From Cyanophora paradoxa CCMP329 (Eukaryota > Plantae > Glaucophyta), in assembly GCA_004431415.1 (NCBI GenBank), contig QPMI01000232.1, positions 1 to 64,000 on the forward strand: a stretch of 64,000 bases of DNA, written 5' to 3'. Below, piece after piece: positions 22,901 through 35,325 of this stretch. The notes beneath the pieces were generated by a model. The model was not told the origin of the DNA. It made no database searches and saw only the letters and a list, made by a program, of their open reading frames with translations. The translations under genes and the position numbers were made by a program. Position 1 is the first letter of the stretch. Every line of letters starts with the position of its first letter.

Positions 22901-25900
22901 CCCAAGCTCAGGCCGGCTGACCTGCTTGCAGGCGAGGTGCAGGCAACAGGTTCACCATTCGGCGGGGCGGGGAGAGGGGCGTACCCGCGTAAGCCTCAGA
23001 AAGGGGTACGCCACCGGCCGCCCCCGTACCTCCGCCCAAGCTCAGCGCGGTTGCCCTGCTCGCAGGCAAGGCGCAGGCGACGGGCGCGCCATTTGGCGGG
23101 GCGGGGACAGGGAGTTCCCGCCTACGCCTCAGCAAGGGGTACGCCGCCGGCCTCCCTCGTACCCCCGCCCAAGCTCAGCTCGGTTGACCTGCTTGCAGGC
23201 GAAGCGCAGGCGACAGGCGCGCCAGTTGGGGCGGCGGGGATAGGGGCGTACCCCTTAAGCCTCAGAAAGGGGTACGCCACCGGCCGCCCCCGTACCCCCG
23301 CCCAAGCTCAGCGCTCAGCCCGGTTGCCCTGCTCGCAGGCAAGGCGCAGGCGACGGGCGCGCCGTTCGGCGGCACGGGGAGAGGGGCGTTCCCACCTACG
23401 CCTCAGAAAGGGGTACGCCACCGGCCGCCCCCGTGCCTCCGCCCAAGCTCAGCGCAGTTGCCCTGCTCGCAGGCAAGGCGCAAGCATGGGCGCGCCATTC
23501 GGGGGGGCGGGGACAGGGAGTTCCCGCCTACGCCTCAGCAAGGGGTACGCCGCCGGCCGCCCCCGTACCCCCGCCCAAGCTCAGCCCGGTTGACCTGCTC
23601 GCAGGCAAGGCACAGGCAACAGGTGCACCATTCGGCGGGGCGGGGAGAGGGGCGTTCCCGGCTACGCCTCAGCAAGGGGTACGCCACCGACCGCCCTCTT
23701 ACCCCCTTCCAAGCTCGGTCGCGTCAACCGGCTTGCAGGCTCAGTCATCATAGGTGCGCGGCAGTTGCGGCGGTGCTGCAGTCGTCATAGGTGCGCGGCA
23801 GTCATCCGGGTGCTGCAGTGGACGAGGTGCGGTTGTTGGTATCTTGCTTGTTTGCAGGGCGCCCTATTAAGCGCCTATTCCTGATCGAACCGGCCGCAGA
23901 TGAGCTAGTGCTCCGTCGCATTCGCCAGCCGGCTGCAGTGCTTTGGGCGGCGTGGGTTCCGGCCGATCTCGCGTGCCTGGCTGGGTGAGCTGCGAACCGG
24001 CAGGGCGCCCTGTTCGGCTCCGATTTCTGATCGAATCCTCCGCAGACAAACAAGCGCTCCAGAGCCGTCGCTTTCTGTCGCTCTTGCTTGCTGGCTGCAA
24101 CGCTTCGGGCGCAGCAGGGTCTGGCAGGATCGGCGCAAGTGTCGGACGGCCATCTGCCGGGGCGGGGAGAGGGGCGTACCCGCCTACGCCTCAGCAAGGG
24201 GTACGCCACTGGCCGCCTCCGCATCCCGCCCAAGCTCAGCTCGGTTGCCAAGTTGACCTGCTTGCAGGCGAAGCGCAGGCGACAGGCGCGCCATTTGGGG
24301 CGGCGGGGATAGGGGCGTACCCGCGTAAGCCTCAGAAAGGGGTACGCCACCGGCCGCCCCCGTACCTCCGCCCAAGCTCAGCGCGGTTGCCCTGCTCGCA
24401 GGCAAGGCGCAGGCGACGGGCGCGCCATTTGGCGGGGCGGGGACAGGGAGTTTCCGCCTACGCCTCAGCAAGGGGTACGCCGCCGGCCTCCCTCGTACCC
24501 CCGCCCAAGCTCAGCTCGGTTGACCTGCTTGCAGGGGAAGCGCAGGCGACAGGTGCGCCAGTTGGGGCGGCGGGGATAGGGGTGTACCCCTTAAGCCTGA
24601 GAAAGGGGTACGCCACCGGCCGCCCCCGTACCCCCGCCCAAGCTCAGCGCTCAGCCCGGTGCGCGGCAGTTGCGTTGGTGCTGCAGTCGTCAAAGGTGCG
24701 CGGCAGTGGTCCGGGCGCCGCAGTGGGCAAGGTGCGGTTGTTGGGATCTTACTTTTTGGCAGGGCCCCATGTAAGGCACCGATTTCTGATCGAACCGGCC
24801 GCAGAAGAGCAAGCGTCAGTGTCGGACGACCATCCGATGATCCGGCGGGGCGGGGAGAGGGGCGTACCCGCCTACGCCTCAGCAAGGGGTACGCCACCGG
24901 CCGCCCTCGCATCCCGCCCAAGCTCAGCTCGGTTGCCAAGTTGACCTGCTTGCAGGCGAAGCGCAGGCGACAGGCGCGCCATTTGGGGCGGCGGGGATAG
25001 GGGCGTACCCGCGTAAGCCTCAGAAAGGGGTACGCCACCGGCCGCCTCTGTACCCCCGCCCAAGCTCAGCGCGGTTGCCCTGCTCGCAGGCAAAGCGCAG
25101 GCAATGGGCGCACCATTCCGCGGGGCGGGGAGAGGGGCGTACCCGCCTAGGCCTCAGCAAGGGGTACGCCACCGGCCGCCCCCGCATCCCCGCCCAAGCT
25201 CAGCTCGGTTGCCCTGCTCGCAGGCAAGGTGCAGGCGACGGGCGCCCCGTTCGGCGGCGCCGGGAGAGGGGCGTTCCCGCGTAAGCCTCAGAAAGGGGTA
25301 CGCCACCGGCCGCCCCCGTACCTCCGCCCAAGATCAGCGCGGTTGCCCTGCTCGCAGGCAAGGCGCAGGCGACGGGCGCGCCATTTGGCGGGGCGGGGAC
25401 AGGGAGTTCCCGCCTACGCCTCAGCAAGGGGTACGCCACCGGCCGCCCCCGTACCCCCGCCCAAGCTCAGCCCGGTTGCCCTGCTCGCAGGCAAGGTGCA
25501 GGCGACGGGCGCCCCGTTCGGCGGCGCCGGGAGAGGGGCGTTCCCACCTACGCCTCAGAAAGGGGTACGCCACCAGCCGCCCCCGTACCTCCGCCCAAGC
25601 TCAGCGCGGTTGCCCTGCTCGCAGGCCATGCGCAGGCGACGGGCGCGCCATTTGGCGGGGCGGGGACAGGGAGTTCCCGCCTACGCCTGAGCAAGGGGTA
25701 CGCTGCCGGCCTCCCTCGTACCCCCGCCCAAGCTCAGCTCGGTTGACCTGCTTGCAGGCGAAGCGCAGGCGACAGGTTCACCATTCGGCGGGGCGGGGAG
25801 AGGGGCGTTCCCGGCTACGCCTCAGCAAGGGGTACGCCACCGACCGCCCTCTTACCCCCTCCCAAGCTCGGTCGCGTCAACCGGCTTGCAGGCTCAGTCA

Positions 25901-28900
25901 TCATAGGTGCGCAGCAGTTGCGTCGGTGCTGCAGTCGTCATAGGTGTGCGGCAGTCATCCGGGTGCTGCAGTGGACGAGGTGCGGTTGTTGGTATCTTGC
26001 TTGTTTGCAGGGCGCCCTATTAAGCGCCTATTCCTGATCGAACCGGCCGCAGATGAGCTAGTGCTCCGTCACATTCGCCAGCCGGCTGCAGTGCTTCGGG
26101 CGGCGTGGGTTCCGGCCGATCTCGCGTGCCTGGCTGGGTGAGCTGCGAACCGGCAGGGCGCCCTGTTCGGCTCCGATTTCTGATCGAATCCTCCGCAGAC
26201 AAACAAGCGCTCCAGAGCCGTCGCTTTCTGTCGCTCTTGCTTGCTGGCTGCAACGCTTCGGGCGCAGCAGGGTCTGGCAGGATCGGCGCAAGTGTCGGAC
26301 GGCCATCTGCCGGGGCGGGGAGAGTGGCGTACCCGCCTACGCCTCAGCAAGGGGTACGCCACTGGCCGCCCTCGCATCCCCGCCCAAGCTCAGCTCCGTT
26401 GACCTGCTTGCAGGCGAAGCGCAGGCGACAGGCGCGCCATTTGGGGCGGCGGGGATAGGGATGTACCCGCGTAAGCCTCAGAAAGGGGTATGCCACCGGC
26501 CGCCCCCGTACCCCCGCCCAAGCTCAGCGCGGTTGCCCTGCTCGCAGGCAAGGCGCAGGCGACGGGCGCACCATTCCGCGGGGCAGGGAGAGGGGCGTAC
26601 CCACCTACGCCTCAGCAAGGGGTACGCCACCGGCCGCCCCTGCACCCCCGCCCAAGCTCAGGCCGGCTGACCTGCTTGCAGGCGAGGTGCAGGCAACAGG
26701 TTCACCATTCGGCGGGGCGGGGAGAGGGGCGTACCCGCGTAAGCCTCAGAAAGGGGTACGCCACCGGCCGCCCCCGTACCTCCGCCCAAGCTCAGCGCTC
26801 AGCGCGGTTGCCCTGCTCGCAGGCAAGGCGCAGGCGACGGGCGCGCCATTTGGCGGGGCGGGGACAGGGAGTTCCCGCCTACGCCTCAGCAAGGGGTACG
26901 CCGCCGGCCTCCCTCGTACCCCCGCCCAAGCTCAGCTCGGTTGACCTGCTTGCAGGCGAAGCGCAGGCGACGGGCGCGCCAGTTGGGGCGGCGGGGATAG
27001 GGGCGTACCCCTTAAGCCTCAGAAAGGGGTACGCCACCGGCCGCCCCCGTACCCCCGCCCAAGCTCAGCGCTCAGCCCGGTTGCCCTGCTCGCAGGCAAG
27101 GCGCAGGCGACGGGCGCGCTGTTCGGCGGCACGGGGAGAGGGGCGTTCCCACCTACGCCTCAGCAAGGGGTACGCCGCCGGCCGCCCCCGTACCCCCGCC
27201 CAAGCTCAGCCCGGTTGACCTGCTCGCAGGCAAGGCACAGGCAACAGGTGCACCATTCGGCGGGGCGGGGAGAGGGGCGTTCCCGGCTACGCCTCAGCAA
27301 GGGGTACGCCACCGACCGCCCTCTTACCCCCTTCCAAGCTCGGTCGCGTCAACCGGCTTGCAGGCTCAGTCATCATAGGTGCGCGGCAGTTGCGTCGGTG
27401 CTGCAGTCGTCATAGGTGCGCGGCAGTCATCCGGGTGCTGCAGTGGACGAGGTGCGGTTGTTGGGATCTTGCTTGTTTGCAGGGCGCCCTATTAAGCGCC
27501 TATTCCTGATCGAACCGGCCGCAGATGAGCTAGTGCTCCGTCGCATTCGCCAGCCGGCTGCAGTGCTTTGGGCGGCATGGGTTCCGGCCGATCTCGCATG
27601 CCTGGCTGGGTGAGCTGCAAACCGGCAGGGCGCCCTGTTCGGCTTCGATTTCTGATCGAATCCTCCGCAGACGAACAAGCGATCCAGAGCCGTCGCTTTC
27701 TGTCGCTCTTGCTTGCTGGCTGCAACGCTTCGGGCGCAGCAGGGTCTGGCAGGATCGGCGCAAGTGTCGGACGGCCATCTGCCGGGGCGGGGAGAGGGGC
27801 GTACCCGCCTTCACCTCAGCAAGGGGTACGCCACCAGCCGCCCCCGCACCCACGTCCAAGCTCGGTCACGTCAACCGGCTTGCAGGCTAAGTCGTCATAG
27901 GTGCGCGGCAGTTGCGTTGGTGCTGCAGTCGTCAAAGGTGCGCGGCAGCCATCCGGGCGCCGCAGTGGGCAAGGTGCGGTTGTTGGGATCTTACTTGTTG
28001 GCAGGGCCCCCTGTAAGGCACCGATTTCTGATCGAACCGGCCGCAGATGAGCTAGCGTCAGTGTCGGACGACCATCCGATGATCCGGCGGGGCGGGGAGA
28101 GGGGCGTACCTGCCTACGCCTCAGCAAGGGGTACGCCACCGGCCGCCCCCGCATCCCGCCCAAGCTCAGCTCGGTTGCCAAGTTGACCTGCTTGCAGGCG
28201 AAGCGCAGGCGACAGGCGCGCCATTTGGGGCGGCGGGGATAGGGGCGTACCCGCGTAAGCCTCAGAAAGGGGTACGCCATCGGCCGCCCCTGTACCCCCG
28301 CCCAAGCTCAGCGCGGTTGCCCTGCTCGCAGGCAAAGCGCAGGCGACGGGCGCACCATTCCGCGGGGCGGGGAGAGGGGCGTACCCGCCTAGGCCTCAGC
28401 AAGGGGTATGCCACCGGCCGCCCCCGCATCCCCGCCCAAGCTCAGCTCGGTTGCCCTGCTCGCAGGCAAGGTGCAGGCGACGGGCGCCCCGTTTGGCGGC
28501 GCCGGGAGAGGGGCATACCCGCGTAAGCCTCAGAAAGGGGTACGCCACCGGCCGCCCCCGTAACTCCGCCCAAGCTCAGCGCGGTTGCCCTGCTCGCAGG
28601 CAAGGCGCAGGCGACGGGCGCGCCATTTGACGGGGCGGGGACAGGGAGTTCCCGCCTACGCCTCAGCAAGCGGTACGCCACCGGCCGCCCCCGTACCCCC
28701 GCCCAAGCTCAGCCCGGTTGCCCTGCTCGCAGGCAAGGTGCAGGCGACGGGCGCCCCGTTTGGCGGCGCCTGGTGAGGGGCGTTCCCACCTACGCCTCAG
28801 AAAGGGGTACGCCACCGGCCGCCCCCGTACCCCCACCCAAGCTCAGCGCGGTTGCCCTGCTCGCAGGCAAGGCGCAGGCGACGGGCACGCCATTTGGCGG

Positions 28901-31900
28901 GGCGGGGACAGGGAGTTCCCGCCTACGCCTCAGCAAGGGGTACGCCGCCGGCCGCCCCCGTACCCCCGCCCAAGCTCAGCCCGGTTGACCTGCTCGCAGG
29001 CAAGGCGCAGGCAACAGGTCTACCATTCGGCGGGGCGGGGAGAGGGGCGTTCCCGGCTACGCCTCAGCAAGGGGTACGCCACCGACCGCCCTCTTACCCC
29101 CTCCCAATCTCGGTCACGTCAACCGGCTTGCAGGCTCAGTCATCATAGGTGCGCGGCAGTTGCGTCGGTGCTGCAGTCGTCATAGGTGCGCGGCAGTCAT
29201 CCGGGTGCTGTAGTGGACGAGTCGTGGTTGTTGGTATCTCCCTTGTTTGCAGGGCGCCCTATTAAGCGCCTATTCCTGATCGAACCGGCCGCAGATGAGC
29301 TAGTGCTCCGTCACATTCGCCAGCCGGCTGCAGTGCTTCGGGCGGCGTGGGTTCCGGCCGATCTCGCGTGCCTGGCTGGGTGAGCTGCGAACCGGCAGGG
29401 CGCCCTGTTCGGCTCCGATTTCTGATCGAATCCTCCGCAGACAAACAAGCGCTCCAGAGCCATCGCTTTCTGTCGCTCTTGCTTGCTGGCTGCAACGCTT
29501 CGGGAGCCGGGGGGTCTGGCAGGATCGGCGCAAGTGTCGGACGGCCATCTGCCGGGGCGGGGAGAGGGGCGTACCCGCCTACGCCTCAGCAAGGGGTACG
29601 CCGCCGGCCTCCCTCGTACCCCTGCCCAAGCTCAGCTCGGCTGACCTGCTTGCAGGCGAAGCGCAGGCGACAGGCGCGCCATTTGGGGCGGCAGGGATAG
29701 GGGCGTACCCCTTAAGCCTCAGAAATTGGTACGCCACCGGCCGCCCCCGTACCCCCGCCCAAGCTCAGCGCGGTTGCCCTGCTCGCAGGCAAGGCGCAGG
29801 CGACAGGCGTGCCATTCGGCTTCGCGGGGAGAGGTGCGTAACCGCCTACGCCTCAGCAAGGGGTACGCCACCGGCCGCCCCTGCACCCCCGCCCAAGCTC
29901 AGGCCGGTTGACCTTCTCGCAGGCAAGGTGCAGGCGACGGGCGCGCCGTTCGGCGGGGCGGGGAGAGGGGCGTTCCCGGCTACGCCTCAGCAAGGGGTAC
30001 GCCACCGACCGCCCTCGTACCCCCTCCCAAGCTCGGTCGCGTCAACCGGCTTGCAGGCTCAGTCATCATAGGTGCGCGGCAGTTGCGTCGGTGCTGCAGT
30101 CGTCATAGGTGCGCGGCAGTCATCCGGGTGCTGCAGTGGACGAGGTGCGGTTGTTGGGATCTTGCTTGTTTGCAGGGCGCCGTATTAAGCGCCTATTCCT
30201 GATCGAACCGGCCGCAGATGAGCTAGTGCTCCGTCGCATTCGCCAGCCGGCTGCAGTGCTTCGGAAGGCGTGGGTTCCGGCCGATCTCGCGTGCCTGGCT
30301 GGGTGAGCTGCAAACCGGCAGGGCGCCCTAGGCCTGTTCGGCTCCGATTTCTGATCGAATCGGCCGCAGATGAACTAGCGCTCCGGAGCCGTCGCTTTCC
30401 GTCGCTCTTGCTCGCTGGCTGCAACGCTTCGGGCGCATGGGGGTTTGGCAGGATCAGCAGCAGTGTCGGACGGCCATTCGGAGGGGTGGGAGGAGAGGGG
30501 TACCCGCCTACGCCTCAGCAAGGGGTACGCCACCGGCCGCCCCCGTACCCCCGCCCAAGCTCAGCGCGGTTGCCCTGCTCGCAGGCAAGGCACAGGCGAC
30601 AGGCGTGCCATTCGGCTTCGCGGGGAGAGGTGCGTACCCGCCTACGCCTCAGCAAGGGGTACGCCACCGGCCGCCCCTGCACCCCCGCCCAAGCTCAGGC
30701 CGGTTGACCTTCTCACAGGCAAGGTGCAGGCGACGGGCGCACCGTTCGGCGGGGCGGGGAGAGGGGCGTTCCCGGCTAAGCCTCAGCAAGGGGTACGCCA
30801 CCAACTGCCCTCGTACCCCCTCCCAAGCTCGGTCGCGTCAACCGGCTTGCAGGCTAAGTCATCATAGGTGCGCGGCAGTTGCGTTGGTGATGCAGTTGTG
30901 ATAGGTGCACGGCAGTCGTCCGGGCGCCGCAGTGGACGAGGTGCGGTTGTTGGTATCTCGCTTGATGGCAGGGCGCCCTGTTAGGCACCGATTTCTGATC
31001 GAACCGGCCGCAGATAAGTTTGCGTCAGTGTCGGACGACCATCCGGCGGGGCGGAGAGAGCGGCCCGGCGGCGTTCCTGCCTACGCCTCAGCAAGGGGTA
31101 CGCCACCCGCCCCCCCCCCGCACCCCCGCCCAAGCTCAGCCCGGTTGACCTGCTTGCAGGCAAGGCACAGGTGACGGGCGTGCATTCGGCAGGGGAGGGG
31201 CGTACCCGCCTACGCCTCAACACGGGGTTCGCCACTGGCTGCCCCCGCACCCCCGCCCAAGCTCAGCCCGGTTGACCTGCTTGCAGGCAAGGCACAGGTG
31301 ACGGGCGTGCATTCGGCAGGGGAGGGGCGTACCCGCCTACGCCTCAACACGGGGTACGCCACTGGCTGCCCCCGTACCCCCGCCCAAGCTCAGGCCGGTT
31401 GACCTGCTTGTAGGCAAGGCGCAGGCGACAGGCGTGCATTCGGCGTGGGAGGGGCGTACCTGCCTACACGGGGGAGGGGCGTACCCGCCTACGCCTCAAC
31501 ACGGGACACGCCACTGGCTGCCCCCGTACCCCCGCCCAAGCTCAGGCCAGTTGACCTGCTTGCAGGCAAGGTGCAGGCGACGGGCGTGCATTTGGCGGGG
31601 GAGCGGCGTACCCGCTTACGCCTCAACACGGGGCACGCCACTGGCTGCCGCCGTACCCACAACCAAGCTCAGGCCGGTTGACCTGCTTGCAGGCAAGGTG
31701 CAGGCGACGGGCGCGCCATTCGGCGGCGCGGGGAGAGGGGCGTTCCCGCCTACGCCTCAGCAAGGGGTATGCCACTGCCCGCCCCCATACCCCCGCCCAA
31801 GCTCAGCCCGGTTGACCTGCTCGCAGGCAAGGTGCAGGCGACGGGCGTGCCATTCGGCGGGGCAGGGAGGGGTGCGTTCCCGCCGTGGCACCTACACCTC

Positions 31901-33048
31901 AGCAAGGGGTACGCCACCGGCCGCCCCCACCCCCGCCCAAGCTCAGGCCGGTTGACCTGCTTGCAGGCAATGCGCAGGCGACGGGCTCTCCATTGGGCGT
32001 GGTGGGCACAGGGGCGTTCCCGCCTATAGCTACGCTTGAGCAAGGGGTACGCCACTGGCCGCTCCCGTACCCCCGCCCAAGCTCAGCGCTGTTGACCTGC
32101 TCGCAGGCAAGGTGCAGGCGACATGTGTGCCATTCGGCTTCGCGGGGAGAGGGGCGTACCCGCCTACGCCTCAGCAAAGGGTACGCCACCGGCCGCCTCC
32201 GTACCCCTGCCCAAGCTCAGCCCAGTTGACCTGCTCGCAGGAAAGGCACAGGCGACGGGTGTGCCATTCGGCGGCGCGGGGAGAGAGGCGTACCCGCCTT
32301 CGCCTCAGCAGGGGGTACGCCATCAGCCGCCCCCGTACCCATGTGCAAGCACGGTCACGTTAACCGGCTTGCAGGTTCAGTCATCATTAGTGCGCAGCAG
32401 TTTCGTTGGTGCTGCAGTCGTCGTAGGTGCGCGGCAGTCATCCGGGCGCCGCAGTGGACGAGGTGCGGTTGTTGGTATCTCGCTTGATGGCAGGGCGCCC
32501 TGTTAGGCACTGATTTCTGATCGAACCTGCTGCATATGAGCTAGCGCTCCGTCGCATTCGCCAGTGGGCCTCAGTGCTTCGGCCGGCGTGGGTTCCGGGC
32601 TGATCTTTTGGGCCTGGCCAGGTGAGCTGCAAGCCGGCAGGGCGCCCTGTTCGCCTCCGATTTCTGATCGAATTGTCCGCAGATGAACTAGCGCTTCAGA
32701 GCCGTCGCTTTCCGTCGCGCTTGCTTGCTGGCTGCAACGCTTCGGGCGCAGCAAGGTCCGGCAGGATCAGCGCCAGTGTCGGACGGCCATCCGGCGGGGC
32801 AGGGAGAGGGGTTTTCCCGCCTACGCCTCAGCAAAGGGTACGCCACCGGCCGCCCCCACACCCCCACCCAAGCTAATGCCGGTTGACGTCCTGCTTGCAG
32901 GCAAGGCGCAGGCGATGGGGGCAATGGGCGCCGGGCGCGCCATTCGGCGGGGTGGGGAGAGGGGCGTTCCCGCCCATGCCTCAGCAAGGGGTACGCCACC
33001 GGCTGCCCCCGTACCCATGCCCAAGCTCAGCCCGGTTGACCTGCTCGC
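16969..33048. repeat. Higher-order satellite: ~87 monomers of 133-134 bp in 14 blocks, separated by a ~225-bp spacer A and a ~440-480-bp spacer B; HOR period about 4.09, 3.79, 3.24 and 2.97 kb
   Basis: GGGGTACGCC recurs at 17286, 17420, 17553, 17687, 17821, 17955 and onward. The end of spacer A (GACCATCC) lies at ~16954, 21040, 24828, 28070 and 31037. The spacers contain a 37-bp sub-repeat (GTCGTCATAGGTGCGCGGCAGTTGCGTCGGTGCTGCA) of variable copy number. Confidence 0.95.
18298..18375 (+). mobile_element. 78-bp structured mini-retroposon inserted in one satellite spacer, with a 19-bp target-site duplication
   Basis: Absent from the equivalent spacers (e.g. 20010-20030, 22366-22386). Flanked by CCGATCTCGCGTGCCTGGC at 18279-18297 and 18376-18394. 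Ends in T9. Confidence 0.85.
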
Positions 33049-33960
33049 TCAAGCAGAGGCACTTTGCTGCAAGCACAGTTGCTCGGCCACAGGTGTGGAT
33101 ATTTGTGAACAAGAAAGCTTTGCAATGGCTGCTCAGGTTGAACGAAAGCTTGCTCATATCGCTACTTATTGAGATGTTCGAGCGACGTCGCTGAGCGCTA
33201 GCGTTTTGTAGCTGTAGGGTTTCCCGATGTACCTTCATTTCGTCCACGAGCGCTAGCTCCGCATCCTGTCGGGCCTAAGCGTCGCCCCGCTGACCACCCT
33301 GCGCAGCTTGGCTTCTACGCATTCCCCCTGGCCAGGTCCACCGCTACGTATACGCTAACGGGCACACTCTCGTCGTGCCTTCGTTCTTTGCTTTTCGAAT
33401 TCGCTCTCAGAGTCTTGCAATTGGCTCTTAAAGCTTTGATTCCGCGCCTCGCGATTGCGTAACGGTCGCGATTCGCCATTCGCGGCGGATCCGGAGGCGG
33501 TCACGATCGGGAAGTGCTAGCATAGGAACGGCGGTAGAAATGCGGTAGAAACGGCGGCAAGCGCACGCAGCTATAGCTAGCGCTCAGCCGCTGCAGCTGG
33601 CAGATTCGCTTCATGAGTACTAGTAGGGGTGTGGCGCCGGCCGTATGTATATATAGTGCGGAGCTAGAACTTAATTATAAGCTTGCTTGCAATTGCCGGC
33701 GGCAGCCTGCAGCTGCAGCTGCATATTGATGGCCATGATCATGATCATGATATCGATCATGATCATGATGGCCAGCTGCAGGTGGTCGATACTATGATAT
33801 ACGCGCGACAGCTGCATGCATATATATCATCATGCAGCGCGGCAGCCCCGCGCGCGCGCCGCGGCGCCGGCCACGAGTACTGCAACTGGGCCAGGTGGCC
33901 CGGCCCGCGCCCGGCCCGCGGCTGTCGACGTCGTTGTGATCGACCGTTGCACGGAAGTCG

Positions 33961-34001
33961 GACTTGGGTTCCTTAGTTTACTAAGCTGAAGGACCCAAGT
34001 C
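33961..34001. repeat. Short inverted repeat (GACTTGGGT..CCTT / AAGG.ACCCAAGTC); a matching end AACCCAAGTC recurs at 34501
   Basis: Direct reading; MITE-like, but no target-site duplication found. Confidence 0.5.
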
Positions 34002-34511
34002 TTCTATGCCGATCGCGAGCCGAGAATTCGAAGCCTCCGAGGCTCTAGATCTAAAGTTCCCATACAAAGACGCAATCGTGTTTTCCGGGAAATCCATGGC
34101 CAGCGCCGGCGGCGCCGGCATGCTTCCTTAGAAGAAAGTGAGCTTCGCAGCTAAGCGCATCCAGCTCAGAAGCTAGCGTGACGGCAGGTAGTCTGGTTGC
34201 CAAGATCGCAAAGTTCCCATACAAACTTTGCTCCTGCTCCTCAGGGAGCGCGCACGCGGTCCCGGTTTTCAAACCAGTTACAGGGAGCATCAAAGCGAGC
34301 ACGATGGCATGCTCAGCAGCATAGCGTTGAGGTGCGAGCCATTCTTGGACCTGGCCGTAGCCGTCACCGGGAAACGTGTACCCCAGAATCGGCTCGATCA
34401 AGCCGCTGATGCCACTGCCGCGGCCGTTCCGAAAAGCTTGCAAAGAGAGCTAATGTGCACAGTGCGCACTCACGCATTGACACGCAACCGCGCTATCTGA
34501 AACCCAAGTCT

Positions 34512-34645
34512 GTACTGCCCTCCGGGGGCAGGAATAGTTATCGCCCCGGCAGGATTCGAGGAGTGAGAATCCTCTCAGTCGGATTCGAACCCATGAAACC
34601 GGGTTTCAAAAGCATTGACCGAAACCGGCTAGGCTAAGGTGCGCT
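34512..34645 (-). mobile_element. tRNA-derived (Pol III A/B box) SINE-like sequence
   Basis: On the minus strand, A box-like TAGCCTAGCCGG (34636-34625) and perfect B box GGTTCGAATCC (34591-34581). The cloverleaf stems do not pair. The tail hairpin CTGCCC(CC)GG(A)GGGCAG recurs at ~34991-35008. Confidence 0.45.
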
Positions 34646-35325
34646 TCCAATCCAACCGATTTTTGGTTTTTCTATAGAGCATATTGTCATACTTTTATCC
34701 GATTTTTCTTCATTGTTATAATTACTCGTTCTAGGCAGCTGCAGGGTTGTCGTTTTGTCGTTATAACGTCACCGTTATAACGGATGACATAACCTTAACT
34801 ACGCGTTATAATGACCCCCGTTGATATGACGTATACGTATACACTCGTTAATTATAACGTACGCGTTATTAACGTACTTCACCCCCCCTGTATTCGCGTA
34901 TTTCATCATATATATCGATCTATCCTTCAAGGCTTCTGGCATTTTAAACATTGCCGTGCCGGCGGAGACCTGATACAGACCAGAGGCTGCACTGCCCCGG
35001 GGCAGGAATGTTTATTTGCGGTGTGTTCATCTTACAATCTCCGAGGCAATCCTCGAGACTCGAGGATTTCGGATCACGGATCGAGGCGGCGGCCGCCGAG
35101 TCGGCGCCGACCACCGGCGACCAGCAGCCGCGTATACGTATACGTACGTATACGCGTCAAAGTTCCAGGAGTCCAGCAACCGCCAGGCGGCGCCAGCTGT
35201 CAGACGATCTTCAGCAGATCTAGAAGAGCAGCCGGCTCCTCGCCGCGGCGCCCACGATCAGCCCCGCCGCTCCCTTCCGCCCCCACCGGCCGCCGTACGC
35301 GTAGCTCGCCGTCGAAAACCGCGCC

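Noticed and set aside
16969-33048. CRISPR-like or guide array interpretation of the satellite
   Set aside because: There are no unique spacers; variable parts are point variants reused in each HOR. No cas, Tas, Fanzor or RT gene is present and the context is eukaryotic.
16969-33048. Satellite as a repeat protein gene (63-nt exon ATGAPFGGAGRGAYPPTPQQG plus intron, or the listed ORFs)
   Set aside because: Monomers are 133-134 bp, not a multiple of 3. Recurrent 62-nt variants break the putative exon frame, and spacers contain stops. Retained only as a possible evolutionary origin.
16900-33048. Hammerhead ribozyme satellite
   Set aside because: I found no CTGANGA...GAAA core on either strand of the monomer; the spacer has CTGATCGA without the required helices.
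33048-33480. Coiled-coil gene remnant on the minus strand abutting the satellite
   Set aside because: Coding-like patches (SQLQDSESEFEKQR, LVDEMKVHRETLQLQ) exist, but no consistent spliced frame; too weak to call.
34570-34645. Functional tRNA gene
   Set aside because: A and B boxes are present, but the acceptor, anticodon and T stems do not pair.
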